IMG/VR virus record: IMGVR_UViG_3300020393_000006
Span: 1 to 63,334 of that record
From: a virus
Lineage: Duplodnaviria > Caudoviricetes
Reading direction: 5' to 3' (one strand)
DNA: 63,334 bases
The notes beneath the pieces are model-generated. The model searched no databases. It saw nothing but the letters and a program-made list of their open reading frames with translations, and was not told where the DNA came from. Both the position numbers and the translations under genes were made by a program. Below, piece by piece: positions 7,462-16,858 of the stretch. The number at the start of each line of letters is the position of its first letter. Within the stretch, counting starts at the first letter, position 1.

Positions 7462-7851
7462 ATGACTTACCTTGATGATTGCAATCACGAGATTGCACAA
7501 CTTCGGGCTGCTATTCGAGAGTGCTATGCTCAGTCAATGAGCTACGAAGAAGAAGGCGATATTGAAAACGCCAATGTTTATCTTGAGCAAGCTGAAGATA
7601 TTCATAAAGAACTTCGTGCAGCACTCGATTACCGAGAGCAATGCAAAGAATCATGCCGATTTGATCCTACTGACTTGGACCAATCTTATCAGCTGGATGT
7701 TCTGCTCAATGAGCTGAATGTCATGGGTAGTCAGATTGAATACTTGCAAGATGAAAATGACTTCTTGCAGGACGAGCTCACAGATGCTGAGAAAGCTGTT
7801 CAGTTTTGGAAAGATCAAGCCATCTTTCGAGAGGATCGATCCAATGACTGA
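7462..7851 (+). CDS. Acidic coiled-coil hypothetical protein
   Basis: GGAG RBS; rich in D/E. Confidence 0.75.
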   Translation: MTYLDDCNHEIAQLRAAIRECYAQSMSYEEEGDIENANVYLEQAEDIHKELRAALDYREQCKESCRFDPTDLDQSYQLDVLLNELNVMGSQIEYLQDENDFLQDELTDAEKAVQFWKDQAIFREDRSND

Positions 7852-8008
7852 AGCAGAATTTGCCTTTGAAAACGAACCATGCGAAGAAGATGTTTTCTCT
7901 TCTGGATGGTACGACACTGAATACGGGGACGAAGTTCCCGATAACGTTTATGAAAACGGAATGTACCTCGGCGACGGGGTTTGGGTTTCAGAAGATTTCT
8001 TTGGATAA
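7844..8008 (+). CDS. Small, very acidic hypothetical protein
   Basis: ATG 7844 with GAGGA RBS. Confidence 0.65.
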   Translation: MTEAEFAFENEPCEEDVFSSGWYDTEYGDEVPDNVYENGMYLGDGVWVSEDFFG

Positions 8009-8019
8009 AGGAGATTGTT

Positions 8020-8616
8020 ATGACTATCGGAAAAGAACTGGACCAAGCGTTTTACAATCTCGGTCAACGCATCACCCGCCTCGAAAAGAAAGAAGTGGAG
8101 TACCCCATCGTCAACGACTTCGTTGACAAGGAAATGGTACTCGGTATCGAGTCAGGCTTGACTTCTCAGATCGAGAGACTCGAGTGCGAGCTCAATGATC
8201 GCGTAGACCGGCTCGAAGACGACATGGGCTTTGACCCTGACGACCTGCGCTGTGACCTTGAGTCGCAAATCGAGGAAGTTTCGGACAACTGGTCTTACCT
8301 CGATGACCGCGTCGACGACATCGACTGCATGAAGATCACCGAAGACGAAGCCCGCAACATCGCTATTGATGTTGTACGGGAAGAGATCAGTGAGGTCATT
8401 AGCGACTATGTCGAAGAGGCTGTCTGCCACGAAATCAACACTCGTGCTGTTGGTTTCACTGAGTACCTCAACATGTGCGATCGAGTCAAGGAACTCGAAG
8501 ATCGCCTCAACAAGCCCACCTTGGGCGCTCGTGTCCTACGATGGCTCCGCGAAGGACCATCTGCCAAGGAGCTGGCTACTAAATGGTATGCCAGTTTGCG
8601 CCGTGCCCGTGTATGA
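8020..8616 (+). CDS. Acidic coiled-coil hypothetical protein
   Basis: ATG 8020 with AAGGAG RBS. Confidence 0.75.
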   Translation: MTIGKELDQAFYNLGQRITRLEKKEVEYPIVNDFVDKEMVLGIESGLTSQIERLECELNDRVDRLEDDMGFDPDDLRCDLESQIEEVSDNWSYLDDRVDDIDCMKITEDEARNIAIDVVREEISEVISDYVEEAVCHEINTRAVGFTEYLNMCDRVKELEDRLNKPTLGARVLRWLREGPSAKELATKWYASLRRARV

Positions 8617-8744
8617 CGCTTTAGCCTTAATCCTTTCATCCCTGTTCTTTTCAGGATTAGCTACAATTGGATGGGCATTCTATGCCTTTCCGGTTGAGTG
8701 CAATAACTTTGTAAAGCGTGTAAAACGCTTTTTCAAAAAGTAAC

Positions 8745-8985
8745 CTACTGGGTTACTGCCGCAACCTACCAAGGAGATAAGACGGCTCCCGCATCTGCAG
8801 CAATGTATGTGTAAGCCGGGCTTCTACTACTAGCCCTGACGTAACAGGCACCCCTATGTTTGTGCGTTGCGTCAGTGTCTACCTCAGGAGGGTGAAGCAC
8901 CCAGCTGTACTGAGGATATGCCGTACCCCACAGGCAATACAACAAAGGTGGGTAGCAGGGGTGCGTCTGCTAAATCAACGCACAT
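8745..8985 (+). ncRNA. Candidate pseudoknotted non-coding RNA upstream of the tRNA
   Basis: GCACCCCT(8848)/AGGGGTGC(8957) crosses TGTGCGTTG(8861)/CAACGCACA(8976); internal stems CCTCAG/CTGAGG and GGGTG/CACCC. Confidence 0.45.
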
Positions 8986-8987
8986 CA

Positions 8988-9060
8988 GGTCCCGTAGCCC
9001 AACGGTAGAGGCAGAGGACTTAAAATCCTTCCAGTATGGGTTCGAATCCCATCGGGACTA
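8988..9060 (+). tRNA. tRNA-Leu(TAA), short variable loop, no encoded CCA
   Basis: Acceptor GGTCCCG/CGGGACT, anticodon arm GAGGA-CTTAAAA-TCCTT, T-arm ATGGG-TTCGAAT-CCCAT. Confidence 0.85.
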
Positions 9061-9065
9061 CTTGT

Positions 9066-9227
9066 ATGCTTGATACACTTGTTCGGGTTATACCCGCTAT
9101 CGTTGCTGTTTTATACGGCATTACCGCACTTGGCTACGCCTTGAAAAAAGATTGGCCTTGGGCACTCGTTTGGGGATGTTATTCCCTATCAAACATTGGC
9201 CTTATTCTGGCCGCAGCCAAGGAGTAA
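9066..9227 (+). CDS. Small membrane protein
   Basis: Two hydrophobic segments. Confidence 0.55.
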   Translation: MLDTLVRVIPAIVAVLYGITALGYALKKDWPWALVWGCYSLSNIGLILAAAKE

Positions 9228-9231
9228 TCCT

Positions 9232-10470
9232 ATGGATCTTGTTAACTTCCCTCGTCCCGGCAGTCCCATGGTAGACCACATGGATTGGGATTGGGTCTGT
9301 GAGTCTGGCATGGCCGGTGGCGATAACTCTATTCAACTAGACGGCAGCACTCACTTTACTAAACCTGAAGGTGGAATGAAGTTCTTCAATGTTTATGGAA
9401 TCTACGAACAAAATGTCAAGTTAAACAACTTGGTGCGGGGTTCTGGTGTTGAGTGGTACTTTATTCCATTGAACTGCGATATGTGGGCAGACAACGATGT
9501 CAACGAAGATGAGCGTTTTGCTCTCAAGCTTCGACAGCTTCCTTGCTATTCACGTACCGGATTAGCAACTGAGATTAGTCGGGTTTCTCGAGGGTGGGAT
9601 ATCCATTACATTAGTTCCTACAAGCCACAAGAAGCAGACACCACTATGGACGAGCAGTCTAATGATGAATGGCTCGATTGGTTCTTTTACAAGTACCACA
9701 AAGACGAGGTAGTCATGGAGCAGGCTCTTGATTCCTACGAAATGCAACGAGAAGCTGCTAAATTAGACGCTGCTCCACCTGTAGGTGAGCCTGCTATTCT
9801 CAAGCTAATGGCTCCTATTTACTTTCACTGCACAGACAAGAAAGATGGAACGCCTATCGTAGTTGAAAAGCACATTCGTGCTGTATACTTTGGCTTTGAA
9901 ACTTGCATTGCAGATACAGATGACTGTATGGAAAATATTTTCTACGATACTGAATGGGCTATGGATCGTGCTCACGAAGTGTGGTGGGATGTCTGTAACT
10001 GGAAACTTATTCCGTACATTCGTGACCTTGAACTAAACGCCGAAGAAGCTAAACGAATATTCGAAGATCGTGATATTATTCACGGCGATCTTTGTATTAC
10101 TCGACAAGATATTAATCAAGATCTTTTTGACTTGTGTTATGAGGGTTGTCGAGATCTTGATAATCCAGACTATCAAGATGAAGTTATGGAGTGCTTTACT
10201 GCAGCGGCTGAGCAACTTCTTGATCACATGTGCGATATTGTTGCTCAAGGTGGTGATCTATCAGACTTTACAGATCGAGAGCTTTATAACGGTGTAGATA
10301 TGGAAGCGTGGGATTGTTACCAAGCTTTTATTTATGTTAATGAAGACATTGAAGATCTTAGAGAGCGCCTTTATTCCGTTGGCGCTGGTGCAGATTTGCA
10401 CGGAGGCAATATAGCTTATTGGAACGGAAACATTGTATGCATCGACTTTGGTGCATGCTCATCAACTTAA
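9232..10470 (+). CDS. Protein kinase-like protein (positional analogue of T7 gp0.7)
   Basis: C-terminal DLHGGN…IVCIDFG catalytic-loop and DFG motifs; AAGGAG RBS before ATG 9232. Confidence 0.6.
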   Translation: MDLVNFPRPGSPMVDHMDWDWVCESGMAGGDNSIQLDGSTHFTKPEGGMKFFNVYGIYEQNVKLNNLVRGSGVEWYFIPLNCDMWADNDVNEDERFALKLRQLPCYSRTGLATEISRVSRGWDIHYISSYKPQEADTTMDEQSNDEWLDWFFYKYHKDEVVMEQALDSYEMQREAAKLDAAPPVGEPAILKLMAPIYFHCTDKKDGTPIVVEKHIRAVYFGFETCIADTDDCMENIFYDTEWAMDRAHEVWWDVCNWKLIPYIRDLELNAEEAKRIFEDRDIIHGDLCITRQDINQDLFDLCYEGCRDLDNPDYQDEVMECFTAAAEQLLDHMCDIVAQGGDLSDFTDRELYNGVDMEAWDCYQAFIYVNEDIEDLRERLYSVGAGADLHGGNIAYWNGNIVCIDFGACSST

Positions 10471-10477
10471 GGTAAAT

Positions 10478-10753
10478 ATGGAACGTATTTATAAAAAGGG
10501 CGACATTTGTTCGTTCTATCCTAACCCTATGATTTCAGGTGAAGGTCCTCAAAAAGACTTTCAATTTGATCTCGGACTTGGCGAGATGATCCGCATGGCT
10601 CGTCTTAATGATACAGCACTTAGCTTTGCTAGTGCTAAACAAGCTGCGCGCTTAAGCAATCAAGAAGAGCCCAGCATTACTGACCGCAAGTATGCGGACC
10701 TTAAGTACCACCCTCGGTACAAGAGGCAGTTCAAAGGAGAACGTAATGGATAA
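10478..10753 (+). CDS. Hypothetical protein
   Basis: Tightly packed + strand ORF; AAGG RBS. Confidence 0.65.
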   Translation: MERIYKKGDICSFYPNPMISGEGPQKDFQFDLGLGEMIRMARLNDTALSFASAKQAARLSNQEEPSITDRKYADLKYHPRYKRQFKGERNG

Positions 10754-10970
10754 CCCTATGATCGAAGTACCAGTTACCAGTCAAGCCCAAGAAGTATACT
10801 TCTTTGAAGTCACTCCAGATATTTTGAAAGAAACTGGTGTAACTAAAGCAGAAGAACTTGTTGTTCTTATTCAAAATGGCGCAGTTCATCCTTTTGATTT
10901 TGATGGCGACTGGGACACCTGTGACAGCGAAGTTCAACACATTTATTACGAGGAAGCAAGAGTATGCTGA
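10746..10970 (+). CDS. Hypothetical protein
   Basis: AAGGAG RBS. Confidence 0.7.
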   Translation: MDNPMIEVPVTSQAQEVYFFEVTPDILKETGVTKAEELVVLIQNGAVHPFDFDGDWDTCDSEVQHIYYEEARVC

Positions 10971-11404
10971 TTACTTATCGAGAACGTGACATTGATGGCC
11001 CTGAGTTCGCTTCTTACTACTACATGTCTGAAGCTTTGGGCTCATGGACCAAACGTCCTTTGGTTCAAATTATGGAAGACGGTACCTCCACCGGAAAGTT
11101 GCAGGGCGCTAACCCTGACGCTTGTTTGTCCGCTGCTCTTAACCGTGGAGAAACAGTCTACTTGGTTGGTGAAAATCCAACTAATGCGGGCAACATCTAT
11201 GTCCCTTATACACTGAGCATGATTAACGCTATGTTTACTGAGTTCAACGACTTTTGTCGGGACACTTACAACAACAACCACTTTGAAGGCTCAGACGTTA
11301 ACACAGCACCACAACATATTCTCGCAGAGCGAGACGCTGTGGGTGCTGAGTACGCAGACATCTTTATCCAATGGCTCCTCTACGGAGAGGTGCCCTTTGG
11401 CTAA
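10964..11404 (+). CDS. Hypothetical protein
   Basis: GAGG RBS; overlaps neighbouring genes. Confidence 0.7.
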   Translation: MLITYRERDIDGPEFASYYYMSEALGSWTKRPLVQIMEDGTSTGKLQGANPDACLSAALNRGETVYLVGENPTNAGNIYVPYTLSMINAMFTEFNDFCRDTYNNNHFEGSDVNTAPQHILAERDAVGAEYADIFIQWLLYGEVPFG

Positions 11405-11600
11405 ACAGTGGGCCATTGAAGTTCACGACAAAGCCAACGTCCGTTACGTTACGGATGAGGACTACAAGACACCGGCTCTCTTCAGTCTCCGCCGTGAAGC
11501 GCAGGCTGAAGCAGAGTCTATGAACAAACTAGTTAAACAAGATATATGGAAAGTTGTTGAATGGAAACCCACGACAAAACCGAAGAAGTCCGAATCCTAA
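11397..11600 (+). CDS. Hypothetical protein
   Basis: TTG start after GGAGAGGT. Confidence 0.55.
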   Translation: MAKQWAIEVHDKANVRYVTDEDYKTPALFSLRREAQAEAESMNKLVKQDIWKVVEWKPTTKPKKSES

Positions 11601-11920
11601 AGTGCATTGACCGTGATGTACATACTTTGGTAAACCTTTGGGGCGAAGAGACTTATGTAGAATACTATACCGGAAGTAGCAAATACTTGTATGAAATGCA
11701 CTTGCCCGATTTGTATTTAACAGAGGATGAAGAGGGCGATATTCCTGAGCCAGATCCAATGCAATACTATATTATTGATCAGTGGCTGGCGGAAAAGATG
11801 ATCCAAGATAGAGATCGCCGAGATCCTGTTATGGAAACAAATGATGGTTTGCATATCTGGGTGCGATGTGGCTGTGGTTATGGGCTTTACGACGACCTTG
11901 CTAAGTACTATATGAGTTAA
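11561..11920 (+). CDS. Hypothetical acidic protein
   Basis: ORF fills the gap before the promoter and RNAP-2. Confidence 0.65.
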   Translation: METHDKTEEVRILKCIDRDVHTLVNLWGEETYVEYYTGSSKYLYEMHLPDLYLTEDEEGDIPEPDPMQYYIIDQWLAEKMIQDRDRRDPVMETNDGLHIWVRCGCGYGLYDDLAKYYMS

Positions 11921-11939
11921 GTTTGGTACACCTATAGAG
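11918..11939 (+). promoter_or_regulatory. Putative T7-type phage promoter, copy 2, directly upstream of RNAP-2
   Basis: TAAGTTTGGTACACCTATAGAG; ends in CTATAG like the T7 consensus. Confidence 0.65.
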
Positions 11940-11976
11940 CAACTTGAGGTCTATAGATATACAAAAATGGAGCATT

Positions 11977-14448
11977 ATGGACGATAAAACACTTATCGGA
12001 CTAGAAATGGTTCGTGAAGAAGATATGCTTTTGGCTGGCTTACGACGGTACTGGGGTACTGCTCAGCTTCAGGATCCTTCAGAAACAGAACTAATTTCTA
12101 GCCAGTCTGCTGACAATCTACGTACTCCAGAAGAGCTTGTGATTCGCAGATATGGTTCTTATTTTCTTCCAGCATTTAACTCGATGCAGGATCGCATTGT
12201 AAACGGCATGAAGAACCACGCACAATGGGCTACGCCTGCGTTGTTTCTTACGCCAGAACACCTGTGCCTGCTTACTTTTAAGGCTCTGTTGCCTTCAGCA
12301 TATCCCAAGAGAGATCAAGGCGTTGGTGTCATCGGTAACAGGATTAAGCTCCAAAGCGCTGCTGAAAGTTTGGCTACTCAAACTTGGCAGCTCTTGCATT
12401 ACCTGCGTGCCAAAGAAGAATACCAAGAAATCTGGGAGTTCAGAACCAAACTAATTAAGAACTGGACACCGCAAAAACAAAAGAGATTTGTTAAAGAAGT
12501 TCTTGGCATGGCTGAGCTTTCAAAGAAAGAACGGCTAGCTTTTGGTGTGGCTATGATTCAGTGCGTTATTGATGCTGTTACTGATGAGCAGATAGAAGCC
12601 GGAGAGTACTATGCGAAGCGTCTTCTTATACGAGAAGGGGCTAACAGGACTACAACATACATTGAAGTAAATCCCACGCTAGTTCAAGAAATGTTGGACG
12701 ACCATAACTTTCGTCAATGGTTGAGACCTAAGTGGGGCCCAATGGTTTGTGAGCCTAACCCATGGATAAAGGATGAAAACAATCAATGGGTAGGCGGATA
12801 CTTGTTACCGGGAATGCAAATGAAATTTGTACGTCCTGCTACACCCGGCCATGATAACTATGGTAAAACAGAACCGGGAGATAAAGCAGTCCTTGCTATT
12901 AACAGGCTGCAGTCTACTCCGTATGCAGTAAATACGCAAGTCTTAGACATTATGCGTATGACTTTTCATTCTAACCTTGAGCTAGGAGAATGTCCTAAAT
13001 CTTCACAAAATGAATGGAGTTTCCCTGAGTACGACGGCGAACCAAAAAATGCCGATGGTACTTACAAAGATGATTTCAAACTACATCTAAAGAAATTAAG
13101 AGAATCTCATGAGGAGTGGGCAAAGGCATGGGCAGATCGTCTGCGCATGATTCAACGCTTAGATCTTGCAAGAGATATTTCAAAGTATCCTGCTTTCTGG
13201 TTGCCAATTACTATGGACTTCCGTGGTCGTTGTTATACTTCTACAGAAATGCTAAGTCCACAAGGCTCAGACTTTGATAAGGCTTTGTGTTGTTTTGGTA
13301 AGGCAAAACCATACACCGACAAAGCTCGATACTGGATGAAGGTACAGATTGCAAACTTGTTTGGACAAGATAAACTTTCATATGCCAATCGTATTGCTTG
13401 GTTTGAAGAAAACGAATCAGCTATACGAGATATTGCTAAGGATCCTATTAAGAATACTTGGTGGTCTGATGACGGCGATGATAAAAAGAAGTGGCAGCTT
13501 CTTGCTTCAATCCTAGATTACTATCGAGACGACGGAAAAAACCAAGTGGCCGTTCAAATGGATGGCTCTTGTAATGGCATTCAGCACTGGTCAGCTATTG
13601 GTAGAGACGAGATTGGAGCTGCTGCTACAAACTTGGTTTGGTCTGAACAACCTAATGATTTGTATCATGAAGTTGCAACAAAGGCTAACGAGCTGCTGTC
13701 TTATCCAAGAGACAATGAATGGCATAGTATTTGGCAGGACGTTTCTGTTAGCAGGAAATGCGCTAAACGTCCATGCATGACATACCCTTATGGTGTAACA
13801 GTTCGAGGCTGTATTGATGCTTTAAAGGCAGATGGACATTGTGATTGGGCAGGAGATAAAAAACTTGCTGCTGCTCAATATATTGGCAACTTGTTAATGA
13901 ATGAAGCAATACCAGCTGTTATTTCTGCATCTTATAAATATATGGCATGGGCAAAAGAAATTGCTAAACAAGCTAATGAAGCTAATACTTATGTTGAATG
14001 GACTACTCCTCTTGGAACTGTTGTTAAACATAATTATTACAAAGAAGAACGATTTCGTTTAAATGTAGATAATCAAAGAATTGTATTCGAAATTCCAAGT
14101 AAAGAAGATGCAAAACTATCTACTACAGAAATGGTAAGCGGAATTGCACCTAACTTCATACACTCATTAGATGCTACACATATGCTGGCTACTATTAATG
14201 CTATGTGGCATGATGATCTTAAATATTTTAGTATGATTCATGATTCATATGGTTGTCATGCTTGTGATGTAGAAGCAATGCAAAAACATATACGACAAAC
14301 TTTTTATTGGATGTATTCTTTTTACAATCCAGCAACAGAAGTTGCAGAAACTATGGCAGAAAAAACAGGACTAGATGCAATCTATCCACCAGAAAGCGGC
14401 GAATACGACTTGAAAGAAGTACTTATAGCTCCTTACTTTTTTGCTTAA
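11977..14448 (+). CDS. Full-length T7-like DNA-directed RNA polymerase (RNAP-2)
   Basis: PMVCEPNPW…GGY, DFRGRCY, PQGSD, motif A DGSCNGIQH, motif B RKCAKRPCMTYPYG, APNFIHSLDA, motif C IHDSYG, C-terminal YFFA. Confidence 0.97.
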   Translation: MDDKTLIGLEMVREEDMLLAGLRRYWGTAQLQDPSETELISSQSADNLRTPEELVIRRYGSYFLPAFNSMQDRIVNGMKNHAQWATPALFLTPEHLCLLTFKALLPSAYPKRDQGVGVIGNRIKLQSAAESLATQTWQLLHYLRAKEEYQEIWEFRTKLIKNWTPQKQKRFVKEVLGMAELSKKERLAFGVAMIQCVIDAVTDEQIEAGEYYAKRLLIREGANRTTTYIEVNPTLVQEMLDDHNFRQWLRPKWGPMVCEPNPWIKDENNQWVGGYLLPGMQMKFVRPATPGHDNYGKTEPGDKAVLAINRLQSTPYAVNTQVLDIMRMTFHSNLELGECPKSSQNEWSFPEYDGEPKNADGTYKDDFKLHLKKLRESHEEWAKAWADRLRMIQRLDLARDISKYPAFWLPITMDFRGRCYTSTEMLSPQGSDFDKALCCFGKAKPYTDKARYWMKVQIANLFGQDKLSYANRIAWFEENESAIRDIAKDPIKNTWWSDDGDDKKKWQLLASILDYYRDDGKNQVAVQMDGSCNGIQHWSAIGRDEIGAAATNLVWSEQPNDLYHEVATKANELLSYPRDNEWHSIWQDVSVSRKCAKRPCMTYPYGVTVRGCIDALKADGHCDWAGDKKLAAAQYIGNLLMNEAIPAVISASYKYMAWAKEIAKQANEANTYVEWTTPLGTVVKHNYYKEERFRLNVDNQRIVFEIPSKEDAKLSTTEMVSGIAPNFIHSLDATHMLATINAMWHDDLKYFSMIHDSYGCHACDVEAMQKHIRQTFYWMYSFYNPATEVAETMAEKTGLDAIYPPESGEYDLKEVLIAPYFFA

Positions 14449-14457
14449 GGAATAAAT

Positions 14458-14703
14458 ATGGACGATGCAAACAATCCTAAGTACCATGCTGAGCGTAAAG
14501 CTCAAGAAGGTCCTGCAGGAAAAGCAATTAGAGAACGATCAGGAGCTGGTAAAGGAGATAGAACATCTTCGGCATGGATTACTAGCGACAAATACCAAAG
14601 ATCAATGGCTGCAAATGATGCTTATGCCAATGGTGAAATTACATTAGAGGAATGGCGAGCAATCGTACATCCTAAGAAAACCGAAGGTCAAGGAGATGAC
14701 TAA
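14458..14703 (+). CDS. Hypothetical protein
   Basis: AAGGA RBS; TAATG coupling to the next gene. Confidence 0.7.
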   Translation: MDDANNPKYHAERKAQEGPAGKAIRERSGAGKGDRTSSAWITSDKYQRSMAANDAYANGEITLEEWRAIVHPKKTEGQGDD

Positions 14704-15404
14704 TGGCACGAGTCCTTGTTATAGGTGATACTCATTGTCCTACGATGTTAGACGGATACGTCGACTTCTTATGTGACATTAGAGATTCGTGGGATTGTGA
14801 TCGTATTGTTCACATTGGAGATCTAGTTGATTGGGCTAGTATCTCTTATCATCCAAAAGCTCCAAGCTTAAAGAACTCTGAAGCAGAGTTTGAAACAGCA
14901 TACGAGCAAGTTCAAGAGCTTTATCATGCTATGGGCAATAACGTAGACTGGCTCGTGGGAAACCACGATGCGCTTACAGAACGACAAGCTACGGACCTTG
15001 GGCTACCATTAAAGGTGCTTAAGGAATATGATGAACTCTGGGGACTTGAAGGATGGAATGTTATTCCGCGCTTTGGAAACATTACTATTGATGGAGTGTT
15101 TTATCAGCACGGAGACAGAGGCAAGGGTGGTCGAATGGCTGCACTTAATAATGCAAAGGCTGAGTTTTGCTCAGTAGTCCAAGGCCATTCGCATAGTCAA
15201 GCTGGTGTTGAATACCACGCTAATTCAAACTTGCGAGTCTTTGGAATGCAAGTAGGTTGTGGTGTAGACTACCGGAAGGCTGCTATGTCTTACGGCGTAA
15301 AGTTTAATGCTAAACCAATCTTAGGTTGCGGTGTAGTTATTGACGGAACTACTGCAGTCTTTGAGCCAATGCCTCTTGGCAATAAATATGGTGTGCTTAA
15401 GTGA
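14703..15404 (+). CDS. Calcineurin-like metallophosphoesterase
   Basis: GDTH, HIGDLVD, GNHD, HG and GHSH motifs. Confidence 0.9.
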   Translation: MARVLVIGDTHCPTMLDGYVDFLCDIRDSWDCDRIVHIGDLVDWASISYHPKAPSLKNSEAEFETAYEQVQELYHAMGNNVDWLVGNHDALTERQATDLGLPLKVLKEYDELWGLEGWNVIPRFGNITIDGVFYQHGDRGKGGRMAALNNAKAEFCSVVQGHSHSQAGVEYHANSNLRVFGMQVGCGVDYRKAAMSYGVKFNAKPILGCGVVIDGTTAVFEPMPLGNKYGVLK

Positions 15405-15503
15405 AAAGATCATTCGGGCAAACCTTAGCTTTCTACTCTGTTACGTACGGAGTACCCCTAATAATTGTATTAATTAATTTGATTTTAATCAAGGAGTTTA
15501 TTT

Positions 15504-16061
15504 ATGGCTAATAAATACGCAAAAGCATTTATCTCAGATAAAGTCGAAGTTGTTTGGTCACACCTTCACAAGCCAGATACTAAGTTTGGAAACCCAAACC
15601 ACAACATTACTGTAAAGCTTACTGACGAGTTGCAGGCTTGCATTCAAGATGCTGCTAAAACTGCAGGCTTTACTAATATTACTAAGATTAATGGTATTGG
15701 CGAACGTGATGAACATGGCAAAGTTCTCAAGGTAAAGAACTCTCAGTACATTAAGGACAATCCCGGTGCTAGCTCTTACCCTTGCGTTGATGGAAACGCT
15801 AAAGCTACAGAAGCAGTTCCCTTTGGTGGAGATGTTGTTAAGCTGAAGCTTGTTCCATGTTGCTTAGATCGAGATGGATCATTGAGCCTGTATCTTGATG
15901 GTTGTCAAATCATTGAGAAGAACGAACGTGAAGCAAACGGCAGTGGATTCTCTGCAGAAGAAGGCGCTTACGATGGTTCGGCAGCAACTGGTTTTGTTGA
16001 CTCTTCCGAAACTTTGGCTGAAGAAGTTACTGAAGAAGCTGACGTAGACCTTCCGTTCTAA
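15504..16061 (+). CDS. Single-stranded DNA-binding protein (gp2.5-like)
   Basis: WSHLHKPDTKF N-terminus, acidic DVDLPF tail, position in the replication module. Confidence 0.8.
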   Translation: MANKYAKAFISDKVEVVWSHLHKPDTKFGNPNHNITVKLTDELQACIQDAAKTAGFTNITKINGIGERDEHGKVLKVKNSQYIKDNPGASSYPCVDGNAKATEAVPFGGDVVKLKLVPCCLDRDGSLSLYLDGCQIIEKNEREANGSGFSAEEGAYDGSAATGFVDSSETLAEEVTEEADVDLPF

Positions 16062-16072
16062 GTTGAAGTCTC

Positions 16073-16435
16073 GTGCATCGCGTCAACGTAAAACCGTTGA
16101 GCATGAACGAGGCGTTTATGGGCAGGAAAAGAAAGACTGCCGCTTATAGAAACTACGAAATAAAAGTTCCACCGGAACTTCCAGATTTAAACATACCGAC
16201 ATCAGGGCCTCTTGCTTTAAGCCTCATTGCAGGCTTAAGCAATAGGGCTGCTGATATAGATAATGTTATTAAACCTTTCGTAGATATCCTGCAAAGCCAC
16301 TATGGCTTCAACGATAATAGAATATACAACCTTGAAGTTGTAAAAGTAAAAGTTCCAAAGGGTGAAGAATATATTTCATTCAGTCTGTCCCCTATGGAAT
16401 CAGAACCAACAAATGACGGTAGTCCTCCAGCATAG
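16073..16435 (+). CDS. RusA-like Holliday junction resolvase
   Basis: PLSMN…, DIDNVIKPFVDIL…NDNRI. Confidence 0.8.
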   Translation: MHRVNVKPLSMNEAFMGRKRKTAAYRNYEIKVPPELPDLNIPTSGPLALSLIAGLSNRAADIDNVIKPFVDILQSHYGFNDNRIYNLEVVKVKVPKGEEYISFSLSPMESEPTNDGSPPA

Positions 16436-16462
16436 TGCTGGGGGGCTTGATGGAGAATAACT

Positions 16463-16858
16463 ATGCCTATGTACTATCCTGAGTGGAGCAAGCACACCAT
16501 CGAAGAATCAACCGACGCTATCCTCGCCATGTGTGGTGAGGATCTCGCAGCCAAGGTACACTTTGGTTTCTATGCGGAGGTCGAATGTGAATGGAGCATC
16601 TACGACTTTAACCCAAGCGATCCCGAAGACTACCCTGAGCCCCCAAGCTTCAGGGACTACACCATCGAGGAGCTAACGCTCTATATCAATGGGGAAGAAG
16701 CCCATCCGGGAGACACGTTGTACACCTTGTGTAACGACTGGGCCCGAGAACAAATCAGATACTACGACTACGAAAATGGCCTCGAGTTTGTTGAACGGGA
16801 CAACCCAGCCGACGAGTACGATGGCGATTACTATGATGACTACACGGAGAGTGATTAA
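16463..16858 (+). CDS. Acidic hypothetical protein, GC-richer than its neighbours, preceded by an array-like hairpin
   Basis: GGAG RBS; hairpin at 16422-16446. Confidence 0.75.
   Translation: MPMYYPEWSKHTIEESTDAILAMCGEDLAAKVHFGFYAEVECEWSIYDFNPSDPEDYPEPPSFRDYTIEELTLYINGEEAHPGDTLYTLCNDWAREQIRYYDYENGLEFVERDNPADEYDGDYYDDYTESD

Noticed and set aside
8845-8985. HDV-like/theta ribozyme
   Set aside because: The crossing helices fit, but ~85 nt lie where the short P3/L3 should be, and it is upstream rather than downstream of the tRNA
8988-9060. Suppressor tRNA or recoded genetic code
   Set aside because: The 7-nt loop CTTAAAA centres on TAA (reads UUA, Leu), and genes translate intact with the standard code
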